This document shows, piece by piece, positions 51,483 through 64,000 of a stretch of DNA of 64,000 bases. Each line of letters opens with the position of its first letter. Positions within the stretch are counted from its first letter, which is position 1. The notes under the pieces were generated by a model. That model was not told the DNA's origin. It did not search any database and saw nothing but the letters and a program-made list of their open reading frames with translations. The translations under genes were made by a program, and so were the position numbers. The stretch lies in NCBI RefSeq assembly GCF_009914755.1, contig NC_060928.1, one strand, 5' to 3'. The DNA comes from the human T2T-CHM13v2.0 reference genome, Homo sapiens.

Positions 51483-51802
51483 TTTGTTAGGTGAATTTAG
51501 GAGCAACATTTGAACAACATATATAAAATGATCGAATTAATAGAGATCAGATAAGTGAAGAGAATGCTGTCAGTCTATATCAGGAATCCAGTAGCATTAA
51601 TATTCTCTGTGATGTTTTGGGGAATAAGGACGTTGAAGTATTGAAGTTCCACGTGGCAGGAAAGTGAGTGAGAGAATAAATCGTCCTCAAAGGTCTGTGT
51701 CTAAATACTACAAATACTTACTGACTTCACCAATACTACAAATACACTGACAATATAGCACAAGACAATAATTCCATTAAGCAAAGAGTATAGAATGGCC
51801 CA

Positions 51803-54212
51803 TGTATTAGTCTGTTCTCACACTGCTGTAAAGAACTTCTTGAGACTGGGTAATTTATGAAGAAAAGTGGTTTAATTGACTCGCAGTTCTGCAAGCTTAA
51901 CAGGAAGCATGGCTAAGAGGTCTCAGGAAACTTATAATCATGGTAAAAGGTGAAGGGAAAGCAAGCCACATCTTACCATGGTAGAGCAGGAGAGAGAAAG
52001 CCTATAGGTGCTACAATTTTAAACCATCACACCTCGTGTGAACTCACTCATTATTATGAGAACAGCATGGGGGAAATCTGCCCCCATGATTCAATCACCT
52101 CCTACCTGGTCTCTCCCCTGACATGTGGGGATTACAATTCAACATGAGATTTGGGTGGGGACACAGAGCCAAACAATATCATTCTGCCCCTGGCCCCTCC
52201 CAAATCTCATGTCCTTCTCACATTGCAAAATACAATTATCCCTTCTCCATAGTCCCCCAAAGTTTTAACTTGTTCCAGCATTAACTCAAAAGCTCAAGTC
52301 CAAAGTCTCATCTGAGACAAGGCAGGTCCCTTCTGCCTATAAGCCTGTAAAGTAAAAAAAAGTTAGTTACTTCCAAGATACAATGGGGATAGAGAAATTG
52401 TATAAATGCTCCCATTCCAAATGGGAGAAATGGGCCAAAACAAAGGTGCTACAGGCCCCCATGCAAGTTCAAAACCCAGCAGGGCAGTCATTAAATCTTA
52501 AAGCTCCAAAATAATCTCCTTTGACTCCATGTCTCACATCCAGGTTACATTGATGCAAGGGGTGGGCTTCCAAGTCCTTTGGCAGCTCCTGTGGCTCTGC
52601 AACTCCAATGCCCCTGAGGCTCTGCAGTGTACAGCCCCCTTTAGCTGCATTCACAGGCTGGCATTGAGTGCCTGCAGCTTTTCCAGGTGCACAGTGCAAG
52701 CAGTTGGTGAATCTACCATTCTGGGGTCTGGAAGATGACAACCCTCTTCTCACAGCTCTACTATGCAATGCCCCAGTAGGGACTCCATTTGAGGGCTCCA
52801 ATCCCACATTTCCCCTCTGTACTGCCCTAGTAGAGGCTCTCCATGAGGACTCCACCTTGGCAGCACACTTCTGCCTGGACATCCAGGCATTTCCGTACAT
52901 TATCTGAAATCTAGGCAGAGGCTCCCAAAGCTCAGCTCTTGTCATCTATGCGCCTGCAGGCCCAACACCACGTGGAAGCTGCCAAAGCCTGGGCCTTGCA
53001 CCCTCCGAAGCAACAGCCCAAGCTGTATCTTGGCTCCTTTTTGCCATGGCTGGAGCTGGAGGGGCTGGGTTGCAGGGCATCATGTCCCAAAGTGGCACAG
53101 AGCAGCAGGGCCCTGGGCATGGCCCACAAAACCTTTTTTCCCTCGTAGGCCTCCAGGCCTGGAATGGGAGGGGCTGCTGCAAAGGTATCTTACATGCCCT
53201 GGAGACATTTTCCCCATTGTCTTGGCTGTTAACATTTGGTTTGTCTTTACTTATGCAAATTTCTGCAGCCAGCTTGAATTTGTCCCCAGAAAATGGCTCT
53301 TTTTTTTTTTCAACCACATGGTCAGGCTGCAAATTTTCCAAACTTTTATGCTCTGTTTCCCTTTTAAACATAAGTTCCAATTTCAGACCATCTCTTTGTG
53401 AACACATACGACTGTACGCTGTGAGGAGCAGCCAGACCACATCTTGAGTGCTTTGCTGCTTAGAAATTTCTTCTGCCAGATACCTTAAATCATCTCTCTC
53501 AAGTTCAAAGTTCCATAGATCTCTACAGCAAGGGCACAATGCTATCAGTCTTTTAGCTAAAGAATAGCAAGAGTGACCTTTACTGTAGTTCCCAATAACT
53601 TTCTCATTTCTATCTGAGCTCAACTCAGCCTGGACTTCACTACCCATATCACTATTAGCATTTTGGTCAAAATCATTCAACAAGTCTCCGTGAAGTTCCA
53701 AACTTTCCCACATCTTCCTGTCTTCTGTGCGCCAAATTGTTCCAACCTCTGCCCATTAGCCAGTTCCAAAGTTGCCTCCACATTTTCAGGTATCTATATA
53801 GTAATTCCCCACTTTCCTGGTACCAATTTTCTGTATTAGTCCATTCTCACACTGCTATAAAGAACTACCTGAGACTGGATAATTTATGAAGAAAACAGGT
53901 TTAACTGACTCAGTTCTGCAGGCTAAACAGGAAGCAAGGCTAGGAGGCCTCAGAAAACTTACAATTATGGTGGAAGTTGAAGGGGAAACCAAGCACGTCT
54001 TATTATTGTGGAGCAGGAGAGAGAGCGAGGTGGGGGAAGTGCTATACTTTTAAACTATCATATCTCATGAGAACTGACTCACTATCACCAGAACAGCACG
54101 GGGGAAATCTGCCCCCATGATCCAATCACCTCCCACCAGGTCACTCCCCTGACACATGGGGATTACAGTTCAACATGAGATTTGGGTGGGGACAGAGAGC
54201 CAAACCAAATCA
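51803..54212 (-). mobile_element. Complete THE1D-like MaLR provirus: 3'LTR 51803-52181, internal 52182-53831, 5'LTR 53832-54212
   Basis: Two direct LTRs tgtattagtc...atca; PPT complement ttctgcccctggcccctccc; TSD gccca/cccca; internal ORF MWESLELHGDLLNDFDQNANSD. Confidence 0.93.
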
Positions 54213-54703
54213 CCCCACAAATTTAAGAAGCTGGAAATATAAGTTCTACTGCCATCATAATGTTTACCATAGAATTTTCACATGGAACTTTGTAATGTAT
54301 AGACTGTTACAAAACTCTCAGGAAAAGGGCTGACAACTTTTTATTAATTCCTACAATTTATAATTAGATCTGAATTTCAGACTTGGGGGCAATAATGAGA
54401 ACAATTACTAGCTGTAATTAAGAAAAAATACCAATTTGTATTTGACCGCAACAGTTGTATTAGAGATTTATTCTTTCAGCAAATATTTGAGGGTCTGCCA
54501 TGACAGGTCTGTGCAAACTTTGGGCTTGGAGATGGGAACACAAACTAGATACAGCTCCCACCCACATATTACTTAGAAGAGCAGTGGGGTTTTCTCACTG
54601 GATATTCAATAATTTGACTAAATACATTCATAATTACAGACAGCTATAAGTTCTTTGGAGCAAAGGGTGTGATGAGAGAATAAAGGATTTCAACAACAAC
54701 AAC

Positions 54704-54985
54704 ATTTTTTTCTGAGACAGAGTCTTGCTCTTTGGCCCAGGCTGGAGTACAGTGGCATCCTCACAGCTCACTGCAGACTTGACCTTCCAGGCTCAATCCA
54801 TCCTCCCACCTTAGCCTCCTGAGTAACTAGGACTACAGGCACATACCACCACACCTGGCTAATTTTTTGTATTTTTTGTAGAGATGGGGTTTCACCATGT
54901 TGCCCAGGCTGGTCTCGAACTCCTGACCCCCACCTCGGCCTCCCAAAGTGCTGGAATTACAGGCATCAGCCACCATGCCTGGCCA
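54704..54985 (-). mobile_element. AluJ-like
   Basis: Antisense dimer. Confidence 0.9.
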
Positions 54986-55630
54986 GCGTTCCTTTTAATA
55001 TGAAAAATAACACACCAATGATCCTTGGCAGGCTCATTCCAGGAAAACTGAGTCACTTAAATTCCCTGAGGGAGCTGAACTATAAATCATTACATTTATT
55101 TTTCTATTGAGTAGAATCATCTCTTAAAACAGGTTTTTGGATTTACATTTTGCCTATATAAAATTTGCAGCCAATTTTAAGGACTCGTCTTATTATAAGT
55201 GATTAGTAGCTGATTTTTTCCTGATAAACTGATTAGCATAATTAGTTTGCCTTCAGTTCCTTAATATCTCCTTTTCTGGAAGGATCTTGTCCTCCTCTCT
55301 ACCTCAGCCATCCGCCATCTCTGGTCACACCCCTACATCTTGGCATTGCTCAAAACTGCCCCAGCATCATGATTTCAATTTCAAGTATCTCATTCCCAGA
55401 CTGCTCCCCAGCTTTTGGGAAAGGCTCCCAACTCCAGTAACTCATGGACCACACTAGGAGCTTCACTCGGTGGATCCTATCATCTTTCCAACATTTCACA
55501 TTACTATATGTTCTCGCCTTCCTCCTATCACAGACCCCCGACAGTCACTCTATTGCCTATAGCTTCTGCTGTCTGATCCCCTTCCCTTCCCTGACATACA
55601 CCTGCAAAACCCCAGCCCTCGTTAAACTCA

Positions 55631-56030
<400 letters not shown>

Positions 56031-56504
56031 AATTAATTAATTAATGGCCGCTAACCTCAAATGGACACTTAATAGTAGCAATCTTACCACATTTCCACAG
56101 TTCATTCACTCTCAAACCCTACCAGATGACTTAGATATTACTCCTCTCTCTTCCAACCTCCAGCATCTCTTCAATCCCACCATTCTCGGGAAGCAGGTTC
56201 CCGGGCAATTTCACTAAGATGAGAGAGTGGTGAGAAGAGACCATCCCTGCGTTCTCACCTCTGCAAGCAAGCACCAGCTTGTGTGCATCTGGGTCCACAC
56301 ACTCTGCCTTCCCTCCAGTCACTAGCTTTTCCTACATCACTGCACTGTCCCCAACCCTGCCCCCCAGCTTTTCAGTGGATGTGTAAAGTAGACTCAGCTT
56401 CTAGGTCTTTACACTTGCTCTTCCTTTTGCTTGGGAGGTTGGGAACTCATCCCTCAGAGTGTGTACTGTGCTTCCTTCCCTTCCTTCAGGACCTCTTGCA
56501 GTGA

Positions 56505-56925
<421 letters not shown>

Positions 56926-57320
56926 GTGTATTTATTTATTATCTGTCTTCCTTAATGAGGGCAGGGATTTTTTTCTGCTTGCCACCATATCCCCTGCTAG
57001 AACAGTGCTTCACTTACTCATTCATTCAACAGGTATTTAATATGCTCCTGTTAAATACCAGGCACTGCTCAGGTGCTGAGATTATAGCAATGAACACAGA
57101 AGACCAAAAATCCTGCTCTTTTGGCTAAATAATACGGAGACATTTGAGTGAAGACTTGAGGGAGATGAAGGAGTGAGCCATGTGGACATCTGTGGGAAGA
57201 GCTGTCCAGGGAGTGCTATGGTTTGAATGCATTCCCCAAAGTTTATATATTGTAAACTTAATCCCCAGCGCAACAGTGTTGAGAGGTGAGAACTTCAAGA
57301 GGTGATTATGTCATGAGGAC

Positions 57321-57967
<647 letters not shown>

Positions 57968-58230
57968 GGGATCTGTCCTCATGAATGGATTAATGGCATT
58001 ATGGGAGTGCGGTTTGGTATCTCAGGAGGGGATTGCTGATATAAGCATGAGTTTGGCCCTTTTCTACCCTTCCTCTCATGTTCTCTCTCTTGCTATGTGA
58101 TGCCTTCTGCTATGTTGTGATGAAGGAAGAAGGCCCTCACCAGATGCAGCCCCTTGATTTTGGATTTCTCAGCCCCCAGAACCATGAGCTAAATTAACTT
58201 TTATTGTGTATAAACTGCCCAGCTGGTGGT

Positions 58231-58901
<671 letters not shown>

Positions 58902-59343
58902 GTGGTATTCTATTACAGCAACACAAAATGAACTCAGAAAGGGAGGGAACAGCTAGCACATAGATACTGAGGTGAGAATGTGCCCAGATTGTTCCAGAAG
59001 AGTGAGGATGCCAGTGTGACTTGGGGAAGTGAGCAAGAGGAAGAGTAGAAGTGCAGGTCAGAGTGCTAAAGGAGGGGAAGGAAAGATTATGTAGAGTCTT
59101 GTGCTTATTATGGGAACTTTTATTCTGAGTGAAATGAGGACCCAAGGGAGGATTTTTTAAAAATTTAATAAAATGATATTAATATACAGTCCATATTTAG
59201 GTTTTTATAATGGTCTCATCAATGTCCTTTTAAAAAGAATATCCAAATTTTTATTATCATTTAAGGAAATAATTTGCACAATGGGCAAAATCAAATTTTA
59301 TTGCATACATAATAATATTAATAGTTATCATTTAAGACTACTA

Positions 59344-59695
<352 letters not shown>

Positions 59696-59757
59696 TTATA
59701 GCTCCTCCTCCCCATTCAGGATCCAATCAAGGTCATATACTGCATTTCATTGTCATG

Positions 59758-60150
59758 CTTTTTTTTTAATAGCTTGAGGTAAAATTCACATACCAAATGA
59801 TTGACCCATTTAAAGTGTGCAATTTAATGGCTTTTGGTATATGCACAGAGTTGTGCAACCATCACCAGAAACTAGTTTTAGAACAATTTTGTCACCCCAT
59901 AACCTTTAGCTGTCACTCCCCAGGTTCCTCATTTCCCCAACCCTATGCAAACCACCAATCTACTTTCTGTCTCCATAGCCTTGCCTACTCTGAGCATTTC
60001 ACATATGTGGAAGAATACAATGTGTGGTCTGTCTTCTTTCCCTTCACGTTTTGAAAGGTTATCCATGTAGCATGCATCAGTATCAGTACTTCATTCCTTT
60101 TTATGGCTGAATAATGTTCTCTTGTATGGGATACTTTATACTATTTATCA
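59758..60150 (-). mobile_element. L1MB-type 3' end
   Basis: aattcacatacc...ttaaagtgtgcaatttaatggcttttggtatatgcacagagttgtgcaaccatcacc. Confidence 0.8.
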
Positions 60151-60829
60151 AGGGAGGGTTTTCAACAGAGGAGTGGCCTGATCCGAGTGGCATTTAACAA
60201 GGTTCACTTTCCTGTTGTTCTAAGGAGCAGAGAATGATCAACTGCGTCAAACGCTGCTTTTAGGGAAAATAAGATGAGGCCCACGAATTGACCAGTAAGT
60301 GCTCAAATAGGTTAAGGGAAAAAGGAATTTAATTAGAAGACATATTCTGATATACATTGCTGGGAGTGATTTTTTTTTTTTTTTTTTTGCTTCATGTGAA
60401 ATTTATTCCTCAAAAAAAAATCATTTTTTCTAAACGTAACTCAACATTATAGTAATTATGCAAGATTTTATGCAGCTTCAAGAGTTAGCCAAGAGAAAAG
60501 TTGACTCTTGCAAGAAGATATTTTCAATGTCTATGCAGATCAGGTAGGTAAGAGTTAAGTGCGGGGGAGTTGGCATCATCTAAAAGACTGTAGAAATTGG
60601 ACCAAAAATGTGGAGTTCTAAAGCAGTATCTCCTTATGGCATGCCATTATTTGGAGCAACAAGGTTACCTACTCGAATCACTGGATCCTGAGTTGACACA
60701 AAACGCATCTGTTGACTCAGGGTTTGTATAACCACGTGCAGTATTTACTAGGCTATCCAATTCTGGGTACGTACAACTTCTGGGGCCTGCAAATTATTGG
60801 AGAGTGAGTGAGGGGCAACGAAAGATAGA

Positions 60830-62290
60830 CATAAAAGGGCGCGTCTCGAAAGGTAACTGTCAACATGCACTCCACGTTTATAGAACGATTCAGTGGGCGC
60901 GGTGGAAGCGTTAATGAACATTTCAGAAAATAAACATATGGAACATCGAAATTCACTTGCAGATAATGGACTAAGTCCGCTCCACCGGGACTAAAAAGGC
61001 AGGGTTAGGAAAGCCTGAACGCCGCCACACTGTTTTTTCTCCAGGAAGAAACGGGGCGTGGGGCTGCCGGTAGAAGGGGGTGGCTCCGGCCGCTCCCCCG
61101 CGCCGTCCTCCGGCCCCGGCCGCGCTGCGCTCACGCCGGCCGGGCCGGGAATTTGGAGAGGATCCCTGGTCGCGCGGCAGCGGCGGCGGCGCGCGGGTGA
61201 GCGGGTGAGCGTGTGAGCGGGCGGGCAGGCAGGCGAGTGCGCCGGGTATTGGCAGCTGAGGAGTGGAGGCTGGGCAGCTCCGACTCCCTGACGCCAGCGC
61301 GACCAGATCAATCCAGGCTCCAGGAGAAAGCAGGCGGGCGGGCGGAGAAAGGAGAGGCCGAGCGGCTCAACCCGGGCCGAGGCTCGGGGAGCGGAGAGTG
61401 GCGCAGCGCCCGGCCGTCCGGACCCGGGCCGCGAGACCCCGCTCGCCCGGCCACTCGTGCTCCCGCACGGACGGGCGCGCCGCCAACCCGGTAAAACGAA
61501 ACAGACCCGAACCGAACTTTCCCTTCATGCCGCGTCCCAGCCCTCCCCTCGGCGCCCCGGGCTTTCCAGCGCCGCCGCCGCCGTCTCTGCACGCGTGGGG
61601 CCGCCGCGGTCGTGCTGGGCTGGGGGCGCGGGCAGCGGCGGGAAGGGGGCTCTTTCTGCGCGGGGCGGGCCGCGACCCCCCCCCCCCCATGATGGCGCCT
61701 CCCGTCTGCTCGGAGGAGCGAACCTGCTACCACGTCTTCTCGCGCCCAGCCCGCCGGGCTCCCCTGGTGTCTTTGTTGGGTCTTCTGCTGTGGGAAGCCC
61801 AGTTCCCGGGCCCCCGAGCCTCGGCTCCCGGGCCTGACCGCGCTGGGATCTCCCCGGCCGCGCTCCCCTTCCGCGCGCTCCTCACATCTCTCCCGTGCTG
61901 CCGCCGGGCCGAGGCCCGTTCGCGTGGCCCGCGGACCCATTGTGTCCCTCGCGCCGGCGGGGCGACCCCTGCGGGAGCTGGAGGACGACCGCTGGCGCTG
62001 CTCTCCAAGGCGCCTGGTGGAGCGGGTCTCGCGGGCGGGGGACCCCGGCGCCCCGGGCCCCTCCACATCCCGCACGGGTTTTCTTCTCGGCCCCAGCAAG
62101 CCTCTTTGGGGTCGAGGTCAAGGAAAGTTCGCACCGAGATCCCCTCTAATTTATTCAAAGGTTTGGCGGCGGCGCGTAATTTTTTCCCCCTCTTCCGCCT
62201 ACACCCGCTGCGTCTCCTGGTGTCTCGTTCCTTTCCCTTTACCGGAGTCGATTGCCTCACTGCATGTGTATTCGTGAGTTCGCGGTTGAA
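60830..62290. promoter_or_regulatory. SMAD1: CpG island promoter of SMAD1
   Basis: Abrupt high GC and CpG density; GC boxes (gggcgg); no obvious TATA; gene identity from recalled 5'UTR. Confidence 0.9.
61150..61490 (+). other. SMAD1: SMAD1 non-coding first exon (start approximate); donor CCG|GTAAAA at 61490/61491
   Basis: ggcagctgaggagtggaggctgggcagctccgactccctgacgccagc...gccgccaacccg matches my recollection of the SMAD1 mRNA 5'UTR up to a GT. Confidence 0.78.
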
Positions 62291-62321
62291 CAACTGTTCC
62301 TTTACTCTGCTCCCTGTCTTT
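62258..62321 (+). other. SMAD1: SMAD1 alternative non-coding first exon (start approximate); donor TTT|GTTAGT
   Basis: cactgcatgtgtattcgtgagttcgcggttgaacaactgttcctttactctgctccctgtcttt matches recalled second SMAD1 5'UTR variant. Confidence 0.7.
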
Positions 62322-64000
62322 GTTAGTGTTTCTCGGGGTTGTTTCTGTAGGAAGGTGGGGGTGGTGGGCGTGAGAGACAGATGTGGGCTTGTTTTTCTAG
62401 TTGCTGAAACTGTATGAAGGCTTTAAAGGGAGAACGTTTTCTTGATGTGCTTTAGGAGGGGAGGAGGAACAAATGCCTGCCAGATCTCACAGCTACAGTA
62501 GCTGAGCTTTTGTTTATTTTGAAGAGCATGCAATTTTTAAATACACGGTGCAAGATAACCAGTAAAGGCGCGTTCCTTCTGAAAATTGAGGCCGGTCTCA
62601 GAACCATCTCCTGAGAAAGCATCCTTTTCGTGAGTGCTGAGACAACTGTCCTTTTTCTCTGCCCTCCCCCCTCTTTTCTTTCCATTGTATCTGAAGTTTC
62701 AAAGTACGTGGAATGATACAGAAGTTGCATGATTTCTGTTATTTCTTCCTGTTGCTGAAACTCTCAGCCGCTAAATCTCAGAATGCCTCTATTTCAGAAC
62801 ATCTCTGGGTCTAATTGCCTGTTGTGGATAACTTGCCCACACCTCAGTAACACAATGAGAAAACTGTTCCCTGCCCATGTTGATTTTTCAAATTGTTTGT
62901 AATTACTTTAAATTGTATTGAAGGTAGGTGGACCGTGTTAAAAAAGAATCGGAACAGAAGTGTTCACTGCCCCAGCATTTTCAATTGGTATAAATATTGT
63001 TGCATCAGTGTTATTCTGATGTAGGTGCCAGATCTAAATATGCTGTACTGATTAAAGTGTTTGTTCTGCCCTCTCCCACTCTCTTTCCCATTTGCAATTA
63101 TTTGCTATTTCTGTGCAGGTGGTGTATCATTGGTGTAATACTGCAGTTCTTAGGAAGGTGTAGCTAGGGTCGTGAGAGATGATTTTTCTGGAGGTGGGTG
63201 ATGCCAGAGCCTCTAGAGGATCCAGGCAGGATCGAGTTTCTTCTGAGGGTAGGGATTTGTCCTTGATTTAGTTTTGACCCCTACAACCATAGGTATGTAA
63301 CCAAATACATTTTACCTCTTGCAGTATCCTTTGGTTTCGTATCCTTGAAGAGCTGATGACCTTTGTGTTTTAGAGAAATGACAATTTTTAGGCAATTAAA
63401 GACATTGGCCTCTTACACTTCTTGGAATTTTATGTTATTTTTACTAAGTTCATTAAGGCATTAAGAGGAAGTTGTCACATTTTCTCAACTACGTTTATTA
63501 CATTTATTAGTTAAAAACTAAATTTCACTTTGTAATTTTGATTTCTAGCAATTCTGGGTTAAATATTAAATCTAATAACCTAGTAGATTGGAAAAAGAAG
63601 TAGCTTGGGTATAGTAATTAGACTAGCATGTTTAAGCTGCAGTAGCCTACATAATCAAGGCCAAGTGTGTGTGTATAAAAGATCTCATTTGTGTAGTCTT
63701 ACAAGGCTAATGGAGGCATCACTGAGGCTTTATAAATAATGTAAGTTGGGTATAATGTAGAGTCTCCAGAGACGGCAGAGAAAGCATCATTACCAGCCTT
63801 TTCAACCTGCTTGAGATCTTAAATTGATTTACAGCACTGAACTGGTGCAAAATGATACATCAGGATGACATGGGGTCAGCCTGTAAAAGTCTATGATGTC
63901 AGCCTATTAGTTCAGTCATCATAATTAAACCATATTACAGGGGTAGCTAAGCAGGAGTCTGGCGTTATACTTCAGATATGGGTGGTACATGGGTTTTGTT

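Noticed and set aside
61063-61085. Possible CTCF site ccggtagaagggggtgg
   Set aside because: Spacing does not fit the CCASYAGRKGGC core.
61263-62417. 384-aa ORF and overlapping long ORFs on both strands in the CpG island
   Set aside because: GTG start, Pro/Arg/Gly/Ala-rich, no domain; stop-codon scarcity in GC-rich DNA; crosses the exon 1 donor.

Overview
Primate (very probably human) intergenic DNA, mostly interspersed repeats, ending in a CpG-island promoter. I recognise the non-coding first exons as SMAD1 (+ strand) from memory of its 5'UTR; no SMAD1 coding exon is in the window. There is no intact cellular CDS. The main structure is a TSD-supported nest at about 34.6-45.8 kb: old L1M > Tigger3b > full-length processed NMNAT1 pseudogene (35210-43718) > near full-length L1PA (36996-42323). 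That L1 has dead ORF1/ORF2 and a microhomology-bounded ~0.79 kb ORF2 deletion. It keeps an open antisense ORF0 with both splice donors, facing the NMNAT1 retrocopy. Also present: a hAT-Tip100 (Zaphod-like) transposase fossil the ORF track misses, an ERVL dUTPase remnant, a complete THE1D provirus, and a nest L2 > MST > MER57/THE1 > Alu about 2-4 kb upstream of the promoter. I see no firm evidence of a new biological system; the best lead is a possible L1-antisense-promoter-driven anti-NMNAT1/ORF0 transcript. Repeat subfamily names and most boundaries are by eye from recalled consensi, not RepeatMasker.
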